A DNA stretch of 64,000 nucleotides from Gammaproteobacteria bacterium (GCA_034002745.1 JAVEZY010000001.1:79428-143427); one strand, 5' to 3'; counted from the first letter of the stretch, positions 39,812-48,898 are shown. The notes: generated by a model not told the origin, from the letters alone. Translations and numbers: made by a program.

Positions 39812-41877
39812 TCAGCCTGCGCACCGCCATTGATGCTCTGCAGCGAGGCGCTGAGGTCGAGCTGGCGATCGATGTCCTGGCAGGCGGCGCCAGCGGCGAC
39901 GGTCCAGGCATCGAGTTCGGCCATGAGCTCACGGTAGGTCGGCTCGTCGAAATCCGAATCGATCCGATCCAGCGTGCCGGCCAGCTTCACCAGCTGGTCG
40001 CCGAGCGACTGGTTGCCGTTCAGTGTCGCGGCGAGCTTGCCACCGATCTCGCGCAGATCCTCGACCGGAGGCTGTCCTGCCAGGAACAGCAGGGACTGTC
40101 CCACCAGACGGCCGATGGCGCGCGAGCATTCGACGGATTCCTCGTATTTGCGCTGCATCAGGAAGCCGTTGCGATAGTTGCGCTCGTTGGCGGCTTCGGC
40201 GAAGTTGGCCGCGACGGTCTCCTGCGCGGCGCCGGCGCACTCGCCGCCTCCGAACTGGAACACGCGGAAGGCCTCTTCCTGGCCGTGGTCGTTCAGCACC
40301 GAAGTCAGCTCATCGAGTGACACGGTGGCGATGTCCGCGAGCAGCTCGCCGAAGTACTCCGGCGCCTGCCGGTGGGCCCAGGCGAAGAAGGTTTCATTGT
40401 CGCTCCGGCTCTCGGCGTAGGCGGCCTGCAAGCGTTCGATCGCACGCGGTGCGCGTGCGGCCGGCACGGAGGGACCCTTGATGGCGATGTCGCCGCCGTT
40501 GCGGCCATCGCCGCCGATGTAGAACTGGTAATGCGGCACGAGCTTGCCGTGCAGCCGCTTGCCCTCGCCGTAGATTCCGATGTCTCCGGTTTCCGGCTGC
40601 GCGCAGCCGTTGTGACAGCCGCTGGCGCGGATCCGCAGATCCATGCTGCCGCCGCCGACCCGGGTGCCGATGACCTTGGAGGAAGTGATGCCCAGACGGC
40701 ACGTCGAGGTGCCGGGGCAGGAGACCACGTCATCGCCGGCCTGCGGTTCGCCGAGGCCGAGATCCGCCAGGCCTTCACGCACCGCGGCGACACGCTCCTC
40801 CGGCACGCCTACGAACATCAGGTTCTGGTCCTGGGTGCTGCGCAGATCGCTGAGGTGCTCGCGATACATCAGCGCCGCGATGCCGCGCATCTGTACGGCC
40901 GTCATGTCGCCGATGGGGATGCTGATCGGAAATACGTGAAGGCCGGGCTGCTTCTGCGCCAGCACGCGGCGCGGCGCGCCGGGATTGGTATGCACCGGCG
41001 ACGGCGTGCCGTCCCGCCATTCGCCGCGCGGGTGCGCGTGGCCGCGCAGTGCGGTGCGGGTACGCTCCAGTTCCTCGCGGTATTTTTCGACGAAACCGTC
41101 TTCTCCGAAACGATCGACCAGGAACTTGATGCGGGACTTGGCGCGACGCTTGCGATCGGAATAGCGATTGTGCAGCGAAATCACCGCTTCCACGCAGGGC
41201 ACCAGTTCCTCTTCGGTGATGAACTCCTCGATGATGATCGCCTTGCGCGGCTTGTGGCCGAGGCCGCCACCGGCGAGCAGCTTGAAGCCGTAACGGTCGT
41301 CCTTCTTCACCGCGATCACGGCGAGGTCATGAATCATGCCCTGCGCGCAATCCGACTCGCAGGCGGAAAAGCTGATCTTGAACTTGCGCGGCAGATGCTG
41401 CGTCAGCGGATGGCGCAGCAGATAGCGCATCACATGGTCCTGATGCAGTCGGATGTCGACCCGTTCACTGGGACACGCGCCCGCGAGCGGGCAGCAGCTG
41501 ACGTTGCGCACCGTGTTGTTGCACGCTTCGCGGGTGGTCAACCCGGCGCGGGCCAGTTCCCTGAGCGCCGTTGGCACCTGCGCAAGCGGCACGTAGTGCA
41601 TCTGGATGTCCTGCCGGGTCGTGATGTGTGCGTGTTCCGCCTCGGCGTGCTTGTCCAGTACTTCGGCGATGGCTTCGAGCTGGGCCGGGGTGAGATGGCC
41701 GCCGGGAATCTTGACGCGCAACATGTGTACGCCTTCCTGGCGCTGGCCATAGATGCCCTGCTGCAGCCGGATCGACTGAAAGCGCTCCGCATCGATTTCG
41801 TTGCGCAGAAACGCATTGACGCTTTCTTCGAAGCGCTCGAGTTCCTCGTGATCGACCAGTGACCGGACTTCGCTCAT
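39784..41877 (-). CDS. Ferredoxin-type sulfite/nitrite reductase hemoprotein (siroheme-[4Fe-4S], NirA/Sir/CysI family) with a C-terminal extension of about 140 aa
   Basis: 697 aa with duplicated NIR_SIR halves and the Cys cluster motifs CPGTSTC...SGCHNGC. Divergent from cysB. The C-terminal 130-140 aa (EAFRVFQFGGGECAGAAQETVAANFAEAAN...) is not part of the canonical enzyme. Confidence 0.9.
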   Translation of the reverse strand: MSEVRSLVDHEELERFEESVNAFLRNEIDAERFQSIRLQQGIYGQRQEGVHMLRVKIPGGHLTPAQLEAIAEVLDKHAEAEHAHITTRQDIQMHYVPLAQVPTALRELARAGLTTREACNNTVRNVSCCPLAGACPSERVDIRLHQDHVMRYLLRHPLTQHLPRKFKISFSACESDCAQGMIHDLAVIAVKKDDRYGFKLLAGGGLGHKPRKAIIIEEFITEEELVPCVEAVISLHNRYSDRKRRAKSRIKFLVDRFGEDGFVEKYREELERTRTALRGHAHPRGEWRDGTPSPVHTNPGAPRRVLAQKQPGLHVFPISIPIGDMTAVQMRGIAALMYREHLSDLRSTQDQNLMFVGVPEERVAAVREGLADLGLGEPQAGDDVVSCPGTSTCRLGITSSKVIGTRVGGGSMDLRIRASGCHNGCAQPETGDIGIYGEGKRLHGKLVPHYQFYIGGDGRNGGDIAIKGPSVPAARAPRAIERLQAAYAESRSDNETFFAWAHRQAPEYFGELLADIATVSLDELTSVLNDHGQEEAFRVFQFGGGECAGAAQETVAANFAEAANERNYRNGFLMQRKYEESVECSRAIGRLVGQSLLFLAGQPPVEDLREIGGKLAATLNGNQSLGDQLVKLAGTLDRIDSDFDEPTYRELMAELDAWTVAAGAACQDIDRQLDLSASLQSINGGAQAEKKRAGAAL
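39804..39812. repeat. T9 homopolymer (A9 on the coding strand) spanning the last sense codons of the sulfite reductase gene and the frame boundary to the TusA-like ORF
   Basis: Directly seen: cccTTTTTTTTTcag. In mRNA sense this reads GCU GAA AAA AAA AGG..., an A_AAA_AAA slippery heptamer followed by the rare AGG codon. Confidence 0.9.
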
Positions 41878-42014
41878 CGCATGTTCTCCTGCATTGCAGA
41901 CGCGCGCGGCCGGTACATGACCGGCCGCTGCGGATCTCGATGATATCAGTGTTCCTATATTCGAAAAAATAATGATATGTTATATGCAAATAACTGAAGT
42001 GTATATGGTGCGAT
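41878..42014. promoter_or_regulatory. Divergent promoter / probable CysB-binding region between the sulfite reductase gene and cysB
   Basis: 137-nt intergenic region, conspicuously AT-rich (ttcctatattcgaaaaaataatgatatgttatatgcaaataactgaagtgtatatgg) in an otherwise GC-rich genome. Confidence 0.4.
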
Positions 42015-42935
42015 ATGAACTTCCAGCAGCTGAGGTATGTCCGGGAGATCGCTCGATGCGGTCTCAATATATCGGCCGCTGCCCAGGCGCTGAACACCGC
42101 CCAGCCCGGCATCAGCAACCAGATCCGCGCGCTCGAGAAGGAACTCGGCATCCAGATCTTCGAGCGCAACGGCAAGCGCCTGGTCGGCATCACTCAACCG
42201 GGGCGCGCCGTGCTGGCCATGGCCGAACGGGTGCTGCGCGAACTGGAGCACATCAGGCAGGTTGGTTTCGAGTTCACCGACCAGGCGAGCGGCAGTCTTT
42301 CCATTGCCACCACTCATACCCAGGCCCGCTATGCCCTGCCTCCCGTGATCAAGGCCTTTGCCGCCAGATACCCCAATGTCCGTCTGCATCTGCACCAGGG
42401 TGATCCGATGCAGATCGCGCAGCTTGCCGCATCGGGCGTTGCCGATATCGCCATCGCTACCGAGGGCATCGATCTGTCCGAGGATCTGGTGGTGATGTCA
42501 TGCTACGACTGGAACCACTGCGTCATCGCGCCGCCTGGCCTGCCCATCCTGCGCGATCAGCCGCTCACGCTGGAAAAGATCGCCGAATATCCCATCGTCA
42601 CCTACGACTTCTCCTTCGCTGGCCGGGTCAAGATCAACGACGCCTTCGAGCGCGCCGGACTGCGTCCGAATGTCGTTTTCTCCGCGATCGACTCCGACGT
42701 CATCAAGACTTACGTCGAGATCGGCATTGGCATCGGCCTGATGGCCAGCATGGCCTACAATCCCGAGCGTGACACCAACCTGCGCATGCTCGACGCCAGC
42801 CACCTCTTCGAACCCTGCACCACCCGCCTGGGCTTGCGCCGCGGCGCCCAGCTGCGTGGCTACATGTACGCCTTCATCGAAATGTTCGCGCCGCATCTCG
42901 ATCGGCAGACGGTGGATAGGGCGATGGCGGGGTAG
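42015..42935 (+). CDS. cysB: LysR-family transcriptional activator CysB
   Basis: MNFQQLRYVREIARCGLNISAAAQALNTAQPGISNQIRALEKELGIQIFER... is near-identical in pattern to E. coli CysB. It sits next to topA, as in E. coli. Confidence 0.9.
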   Translation: MNFQQLRYVREIARCGLNISAAAQALNTAQPGISNQIRALEKELGIQIFERNGKRLVGITQPGRAVLAMAERVLRELEHIRQVGFEFTDQASGSLSIATTHTQARYALPPVIKAFAARYPNVRLHLHQGDPMQIAQLAASGVADIAIATEGIDLSEDLVVMSCYDWNHCVIAPPGLPILRDQPLTLEKIAEYPIVTYDFSFAGRVKINDAFERAGLRPNVVFSAIDSDVIKTYVEIGIGIGLMASMAYNPERDTNLRMLDASHLFEPCTTRLGLRRGAQLRGYMYAFIEMFAPHLDRQTVDRAMAG

Positions 42936-43004
42936 AGGAAAGCGCAAAGATAAAAGAAAAAAGTCGCGGCCGCCGCGTTCCCCTTTTATCTTTGCTCTTT
43001 CCTC
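42935..43004. terminator. Long inverted repeat / stem-loop between convergent cysB and topA (bidirectional terminator candidate)
   Basis: GAGGAAAGCGCAAAGATAAAAG ... (26-nt loop containing GCGGCCGCCGC) ... CTTTTATCTTTGCTCTTTCCTC. The arms are 22 nt with one mismatch. Confidence 0.6.
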
Positions 43005-43013
43005 TTCATTCCT

Positions 43014-45332
43014 TCACCCGTGCGCCGGCTGCTTGCCTTCATCGGCGCTTGCCGGCTCGTGCGGCTCCGTATGTCCACATTCCTTCTGCGGGCAGACCAG
43101 TTCGGTGGCGCGGCGGGTGGTCTTGATGGTCATGATCGGCCATTGGCATTCGGGGCATGGCGTGGCGACCGGTTCGTTCCACACCGCATAGTCGCAGTCA
43201 GGATACGTGGAACAGGAGTAGAAGACCTTTCCGCGTCGTGAGCGGCGTTGCAGCATGGTTCCCTTGTTGCAACGCGGACAGGCAATGCCGGTGTCCGCCG
43301 GTTTTACCAGCGGCTCGATGAATTTGCATTTGGGATAGTTGCTGCAGCCGATGAAGCGTCCATATGGGCCGCTGCGCACCAGCAGGGCGCCGCCACAACT
43401 CGGGCAGGCGCGTCCCTCGACCTGCTCGTTCGTCTGCTGTTCGTCCTCGTCGCTGTTGCCGAGGTTGCGCGTGTAATCGCATTCCGGAAAGCCCGTGCAG
43501 CCGATGAAACGGCCACGGCGCCCCAGTCGGATCGACAGCGGCTTGCCGCACTTCGGGCAGTCCTCGTCCAGCGCTTCCTGGGTGACGTCCTTGCGCTGCA
43601 CCGACTTGTCCTTCTCCTCGACGAGTTGGTGGAACGGTTCCCAGAACGAACGCATCAGCGGGACCCAGTCCTGCTCGCCGCGGGATACTTCATCGAGGCC
43701 GTCTTCCAGGCGCGCGGTGAACTCATAGTCGACGTAGCGCGAGAAATGCTCGGTCAGGAAACGGTTGACGATGCGGCCCACGTCGGTCGGTTTGAAACGC
43801 TTCTTGTCGAGCGTGACGTATTCGCGCTGCTGCAGCGTGGCAATGATGGAGGCGTACGTCGACGGACGGCCGATTCCATGTTCTTCCAGTGCCTTGATCA
43901 GGCTTGCTTCGGTGTAGCGCGGCGGTGGTTCGGTGAAGTGCTGGTCCGCCTGGATGCCCTCCAGCGCAATGGTTTCGCCTTCGCTCAGTTCCGGAAGCAG
44001 GCTCTGCTGCTCGTCGGTATCCTTGCTGTCGTCGACGTCCTCGCGATACACGGCCATGAAGCCCGGATCGACGATGGTCGAACCGGTGGCGCGGAAGGTA
44101 TCGCCCTTGCCGCCTTCGAGATCCACGCCGACCGTGTCGATGGTCGCATGGACCATCTGGCAGGCGACGGTGCGCTGCCAGATCAGACGATAGAGCTTGT
44201 ATTGGTCGCTGTTGAGCTGTTCCTTGACCGATTCGGGGTCGGTGAACACCGAGGTGGGGCGGATGGCTTCGTGCGCTTCCTGGGCGTTCTTGGATTTCGT
44301 CTTGTACGTCTGCGGCTGTTTGGGCACCTTGTCAGCGCCATAGCGCTCGCCGATCAGGCGGCGGATCTCCTCGAGTGCTTCCTGGGCCAGATTGACCGAG
44401 TCGGTTCGCATGTAGCTGATGAGTCCGGTCGCGCCCTGTCCGGTATCCACGCCTTCATAGAGCTGCTGCGCAGTGCGCATCGTGCGCTGCGCGGTGAACC
44501 CGAGCTTGCGCGCCGCTTCCTGCTGCAGCGTGGAGGTGATGAAGGGCGCGGCGGGATTGCGCTTGCGCTGCTTCTTCTCGACCGAGACGACGGTGAGTTT
44601 GCCATCCGCGCCTGCCAGCAACGCTTTCTCGGTTGCCCGCGCCTGTGCTTCGTCGGTAATGCTGAACTGCGAAATCTTCTTGCCATCATGGGTGGCAAGC
44701 CGGGCGCGGAAACGCTCGTCGCTCTTGGCGGCCAGTGCTTCGATCGTCCAGTACTCGCGTGACTCGAACGCCTCGATTTCCAGTTCGCGCTCCACGATCA
44801 TGCGCAGCGCGGGACTCTGCACGCGGCCGGCCGAAAGGCCGCGACGGATCTTCTTCCACAACAGTGGCGACAGGTTGAAGCCGACCAGGTAGTCGAGCGC
44901 GCGCCTGGCCTGCTGTGCATTGACGAGGTTCATGGCGACCTCGCGTGGGTGCTTCAGCGCTTCCTGTACCGCCTGCTTGGTGATCTCGTGAAAGACGATG
45001 CGCTGAACCGGCTTGTCCTTGAGCAGCTTCTTGCCGGCCAGGATCTCGTACAGGTGCCAGGAAATGGCCTCGCCTTCGCGATCCGGGTCAGTGGCGAGGT
45101 AGATGGCATCGGCGCTGCGCACGGCCTTGCAGATCTGCTCGACGTGCTTCTGATTCTTCTCGATCGTCTGGTACTTCATGGCGAAGTCCTGGGCGGGATC
45201 GACGGCGCCTTCCTTGGGCAGCAGGTCGCGGACGTGGCCGTACGAGGCGAGGACATGGAAGTCCTTGCCGAGGTACTTGCCCAGCGTCTTGGCCTTGGCC
45301 GGCGATTCGACGATGACCAGGTTCTTGCTCAT
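43014..45332 (-). CDS. topA: DNA topoisomerase I with C-terminal zinc-ribbon repeats
   Basis: MSKNLVIVESPAKAKTLGKYLG..., the Toprim plus topoisomerase IA core, and multiple C4 zinc ribbons at the C-terminus. Confidence 0.95.
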   Translation of the reverse strand: MSKNLVIVESPAKAKTLGKYLGKDFHVLASYGHVRDLLPKEGAVDPAQDFAMKYQTIEKNQKHVEQICKAVRSADAIYLATDPDREGEAISWHLYEILAGKKLLKDKPVQRIVFHEITKQAVQEALKHPREVAMNLVNAQQARRALDYLVGFNLSPLLWKKIRRGLSAGRVQSPALRMIVERELEIEAFESREYWTIEALAAKSDERFRARLATHDGKKISQFSITDEAQARATEKALLAGADGKLTVVSVEKKQRKRNPAAPFITSTLQQEAARKLGFTAQRTMRTAQQLYEGVDTGQGATGLISYMRTDSVNLAQEALEEIRRLIGERYGADKVPKQPQTYKTKSKNAQEAHEAIRPTSVFTDPESVKEQLNSDQYKLYRLIWQRTVACQMVHATIDTVGVDLEGGKGDTFRATGSTIVDPGFMAVYREDVDDSKDTDEQQSLLPELSEGETIALEGIQADQHFTEPPPRYTEASLIKALEEHGIGRPSTYASIIATLQQREYVTLDKKRFKPTDVGRIVNRFLTEHFSRYVDYEFTARLEDGLDEVSRGEQDWVPLMRSFWEPFHQLVEEKDKSVQRKDVTQEALDEDCPKCGKPLSIRLGRRGRFIGCTGFPECDYTRNLGNSDEDEQQTNEQVEGRACPSCGGALLVRSGPYGRFIGCSNYPKCKFIEPLVKPADTGIACPRCNKGTMLQRRSRRGKVFYSCSTYPDCDYAVWNEPVATPCPECQWPIMTIKTTRRATELVCPQKECGHTEPHEPASADEGKQPAHG

Positions 45333-45616
45333 GTAGGAGATCGTTAGGGTTCGTATGTTGTGCGGTCGGGAGGCGATGAGCCCCTCAATCTGTCAGGGAT
45401 TTCCCGGAGCCGCGAAGCGGGGCTATCTTGAATTCAATTCCCCGGCTTGTCAAAGCTGTTTCGGTCGCATTCCGCAAAGCTGGAGGCCGAAGATTGGGCT
45501 TGCTGCATCCCTTGTGAAGCTTGGACGCCGTCGGCCGCAGGATAGTTCATCGAAGGGCGGAGACGGCCGTGCAGCCGACTGAACCGGCTGTCGACCCCCC
45601 ATTGCTGGGAGCGGCG

Positions 45617-46084
45617 CTAGTGCACCCGGCCAGCGAGGTTGTCGAAGATGAGTGCCTCGAGCCAATCCTGCAGATGTTCCTCGCCAGGCTGATTTGCCAG
45701 CACGATCATGATGATCAGCTTGAAACGGTCGAGATCGAGCTCCTCCAGGTCGAGGGCGAGCGCGCGCTCGATGATCTTTTCGCGCGCCGTGGCATCGACC
45801 AGACCACCGCGCTCGAGAGCGAGCAGGTAGCCGCGACAATCACGGTTCAGTCTGAGGCATTCTTCGCGGGAAAACACGCGAAATGATCCACCCGTGGCGC
45901 TGTTCGCATCTTCGCTGCCATTGCGTTGACGCATCAGGTCCTCGAGCCATACGAAAGCCTTGTGGATGTCGGCCTGCTGGAAGCCGGCATCCTCCAGCAT
46001 CGATTTCAGCAATGCCTCGTCGCGCGGAGCATCGCGTCCTTCGTCAACGTAATGTTCGAAAAGATAAAGCAGTACGTCTAGCAT
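45617..46084 (-). CDS. smg: Smg protein (DUF494)
   Basis: Internal start MLDVLLYLFEHYVDEG... matches the E. coli Smg N-terminus MFDVLMYLFETYI. It overlaps the dprA 3' end by about 41 nt. Confidence 0.8.
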   Translation of the reverse strand: MLDVLLYLFEHYVDEGRDAPRDEALLKSMLEDAGFQQADIHKAFVWLEDLMRQRNGSEDANSATGGSFRVFSREECLRLNRDCRGYLLALERGGLVDATAREKIIERALALDLEELDLDRFKLIIMIVLANQPGEEHLQDWLEALIFDNLAGRVH

Positions 46085-47198
46085 CTCGGGTCCGGTTCTG
46101 CGGTCTGCGGCGCAGGAAGGTGCCGCCTGGGCCAACGGTGATTCTGGTCTCCAGCTCCAAGTCTAGCAGAATGCGGTGCAAGTGTTCGGCGCGCAGGCCG
46201 CTCCGTTCGATTAATGTGTCCAGTGTGACTCCGGCGTCGTAATCCATGAGTTTGAGTATTACCGCGGCTTGCGGATCGGCCGGCGCCTGTTCCTCTGGGG
46301 TGTCTTCCTGCGGCGCAGTGGCAAACGCCGCCAGGGGCGCAAGTTCTTCCACAATATCCGCCGTGGATTCAACCAGCTTGGCGCCCTGACGAAGCAGTTC
46401 GTGGCAGCCGCGCGCAAGCGGATTGTGGATCGAGCCGGGAATCGCAAAGACCTCGCGTCCCTGGTCGAGCGCCGCGCGCGCGGTGATCAGCGAACCGCTG
46501 CCCGGCGCCGCCTCTACCACCAGGGTGCCGAGACTCAAGCCGCTGATGATGCGGTTGCGGCGCGGAAAGGAAGACGGGAGGGGTGGGCTGCCGGGCGGGA
46601 ATTCCGACACCAGGGCGCCGTGTTCGAGGATGTCGCCAGCCAGTTCGCGGTGGCGTGCCGGATAGACGATGTCGAGCCCGGTACCGGCCACCGCGATGGT
46701 GCATCCCTTCCCGGCGAGAGCGCCGAGATGGGCCGCGCCATCGATGCCGATCGCCATGCCGCTGGTGATTGTCAGTCCCGCCGATGCCAGCGCCAGCGCG
46801 AATTCATAGGCGTTGTCGCGGCCACCCGGGCTGGGATTGCGGCTTCCCACGATCGCGAGTTGCATGCTGGTGAGCGCGGCCGCCTTACCCCGCACGTAGA
46901 GCAGGATTGGCGCATCGCGGATCTCGCGCAACAGTAGAGGATAAGCGGCGGCGGTCAGCGGCAGGGCATGATGTTCGGATTTCTCCAGCCAGCGCAGGTC
47001 CATTTCCACCTGACGCCAGTCGGGAGCAAGCAAAGCCTTGCGCAGGTCCGGCTTGAGCCGCCCGTCGAGATCGGGATCATGCGGAGCGGCAGCGAAGAGA
47101 CTCCGCGCGTCGCCGTAGCGGTTCAGCAAGTCGCGGCAGGCGACCGGGCCGAGACCCGGTACGCGCTGCAGCGCCAGCCAGTATGCGATGTCATCCAT
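46044..47198 (-). CDS. dprA: DNA processing protein DprA (Smf)
   Basis: Rossmann-like DprA domain (AIVGSRNPSPGG...GIDGAAH...) with a C-terminal winged-helix domain. In the smg-dprA / def-fmt synteny. Confidence 0.85.
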   Translation of the reverse strand: MDDIAYWLALQRVPGLGPVACRDLLNRYGDARSLFAAAPHDPDLDGRLKPDLRKALLAPDWRQVEMDLRWLEKSEHHALPLTAAAYPLLLREIRDAPILLYVRGKAAALTSMQLAIVGSRNPSPGGRDNAYEFALALASAGLTITSGMAIGIDGAAHLGALAGKGCTIAVAGTGLDIVYPARHRELAGDILEHGALVSEFPPGSPPLPSSFPRRNRIISGLSLGTLVVEAAPGSGSLITARAALDQGREVFAIPGSIHNPLARGCHELLRQGAKLVESTADIVEELAPLAAFATAPQEDTPEEQAPADPQAAVILKLMDYDAGVTLDTLIERSGLRAEHLHRILLDLELETRITVGPGGTFLRRRPQNRTRDARRTALSFRTLR

Positions 47199-47215
47199 GA
47201 CATGCTCGCGGGTTC

Positions 47216-48274
47216 CTAGGGAGTGGTGACGGTATCGAGCACGCGCAGGTCGCGTGCGGCCTCCATTACCAGGGCGTAGCTGATGCGGTCGAAGACGCGG
47301 ATCAGCATCACGGTGCCGGCCCGCTCGTTGGGCAGTCGGACCGAGCGATCGAAGCGTCGCGAGGTGAAGTTGTCGCGCACGAGTTCGCCGGTCTGGTGAA
47401 CGGCAAGGACATGTCCGGGTTCCAGGCCCTCGCTCGCGCCGCGGCTCACGGCGATCACCTGATATTGCCCGATGCGGGCGAGGCCATCGAGCACCGACAG
47501 GATGCGGCCCTCGACGTTCTCCTTCGGGGCGCGGGGCAGGAAGTACTGGCCGATCTCTTCCTCGGCCACCGGCAGCAGGCGATCGCCCGCCAGAACCTCG
47601 CGCTCGGACTGATCGATGATCAGGGTCGCCGGATCTCCGGCACGGATCACAGTCGCGTAACCCACATGAATCGCCTCGTATCCCAGAACGTCCCCGCGCC
47701 GCTCGGGATTCCGGTAGACCTCGCCGCGACGGACGATGTCATAGCGGGTGATTTCGGGATCGGAGATGCCGCGGGCATAGATCTTGTTGCCGGTGCCGCT
47801 GATCAGGCGATCCTCGCTGCTGGCGACGACATAGGGGCTGTCGTCGAGTTCGCGCTCCGTGACGACGCGCGGATACTTGAGGAACTGACCGATGGCATCC
47901 ATCGGGATGGTCGGGATGGCGCTGTCGATGACCGTCGTGCGTGCGGTCGGGGACAGTTTTACCGTGCGCAAGTCATTGCCGCCCGGGCGCTCCAGGCGCA
48001 GTACCGGTTTGCCGTCCACGAACTCCAGGCGTATGATGTCGCCGGGATATATAAGGTGGGGATTGGAGATTTCCGGATTGATGTGCCAGATTTGCGGCCA
48101 CATCCAGGGATCTTCGAGGAAGCGCGCCGAGATATCCCACAGCGTGTCGCCGCGGATGACGACGTACCGGTCCGGATGATCGGCGACGAGTTTCACCGTA
48201 TCGGCGTGGGCGAATGCGCCCGATATCAACAGCAGCAGTGGTAACAGTTTCGAGAACAAGGGTTTTTTCGACAT
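47216..48274 (-). CDS. LysM peptidoglycan-binding domain protein (secreted)
   Basis: Internal start MSKKPLFSKLLPLLLLISGAFA (signal peptide); LysM motif YVVIRGDTLWDISARF...PGDIIRL. Confidence 0.75.
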   Translation of the reverse strand: MSKKPLFSKLLPLLLLISGAFAHADTVKLVADHPDRYVVIRGDTLWDISARFLEDPWMWPQIWHINPEISNPHLIYPGDIIRLEFVDGKPVLRLERPGGNDLRTVKLSPTARTTVIDSAIPTIPMDAIGQFLKYPRVVTERELDDSPYVVASSEDRLISGTGNKIYARGISDPEITRYDIVRRGEVYRNPERRGDVLGYEAIHVGYATVIRAGDPATLIIDQSEREVLAGDRLLPVAEEEIGQYFLPRAPKENVEGRILSVLDGLARIGQYQVIAVSRGASEGLEPGHVLAVHQTGELVRDNFTSRRFDRSVRLPNERAGTVMLIRVFDRISYALVMEAARDLRVLDTVTTP

Positions 48275-48392
48275 CGGAGTTGCCTTAGAATCCCTGGGAT
48301 TGGTCGCCATGGCGGTGGTTTTCTTCCGGATACCCGCTTGTTATCGGCAACCGCGGACAGATATTTAAGGTACTCGTTCCGGAAATCCACTG

Positions 48393-48896
48393 ATGGCGCT
48401 GCTGAATATCCTCCATTATCCCGATCCCCGACTGCGCAACCGCGCGGAGCCTGTCGAGCGTGTGGACGACGAGATCCGCAGGCTGGCGGACGATATGCTC
48501 GAAACCATGTATGACGCCCCTGGCATCGGTCTCGCCGCGATCCAGGTGGGCGTGTCCAAGCGATTGATCGTATTGGACATTACCGAGGACCGTCAAGATC
48601 CTCTCTGTCTGATAAACCCGGTTGTCCTGGAGAGTTCCGGCACTGAGAAGCTGGACGAGGGTTGCCTGTCCGTTCCCGGCGTCTTCGAGCCGGTCGAGCG
48701 CGCCGCCCGCATCCGTTACCGGGCGCTGAACCGGGATGGGGAGGAGATCGAGGAAGAGGCCGAAGGGTTGCTCGCGGTCTGTATCCAGCACGAAATCGAT
48801 CACCTCGACGGCAAGCTTTTCGTCGACTACCTTACCGAGCTCAAGCGCCAGCGCATCAGAAAAAAGCTCGAGAAGCAGCGGCTGCGCAGCATGTGA
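48393..48896 (+). CDS. def: Peptide deformylase
   Basis: Motifs [26 protein letters not shown]. Confidence 0.95.
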   Translation: MALLNILHYPDPRLRNRAEPVERVDDEIRRLADDMLETMYDAPGIGLAAIQVGVSKRLIVLDITEDRQDPLCLINPVVLESSGTEKLDEGCLSVPGVFEPVERAARIRYRALNRDGEEIEEEAEGLLAVCIQHEIDHLDGKLFVDYLTELKRQRIRKKLEKQRLRSM

Positions 48897-48898
48897 CG

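Noticed and set aside
39735-39932. 65-aa minus-strand ORF crossing the A9 tract in the third frame (MSSWPNS...LKKKGQEPP...)
   Set aside because: It is a low-complexity S/P/A-rich translation with no start context. It overlaps the sulfite reductase 3' end and the TusA-like frame, which both show real homology.
40372-41862. 496-aa plus-strand ORF, plus several shorter ones between 39929 and 41020
   Set aside because: They are antisense to or out of frame with the sulfite reductase gene. They are low-complexity.
42935-43004. Inverted repeat considered as terminal repeats of a MITE/IS element
   Set aside because: No transposase and no target-site duplication are seen. A single hairpin between convergent genes fits a terminator better. 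It is retained as a low-interest finding.
43248-44762. 504-aa plus-strand ORF
   Set aside because: It is antisense to topA.
45333-45616. 284-nt intergenic region upstream of topA, checked for tRNA/sRNA or a small CDS (ORF 45355..45582)
   Set aside because: There is no tRNA-like cloverleaf motif (no GGTTCGAATCC-type T-arm). The 75-aa ORF is low-complexity and lacks an RBS. Most likely this is the long multi-promoter leader of topA.
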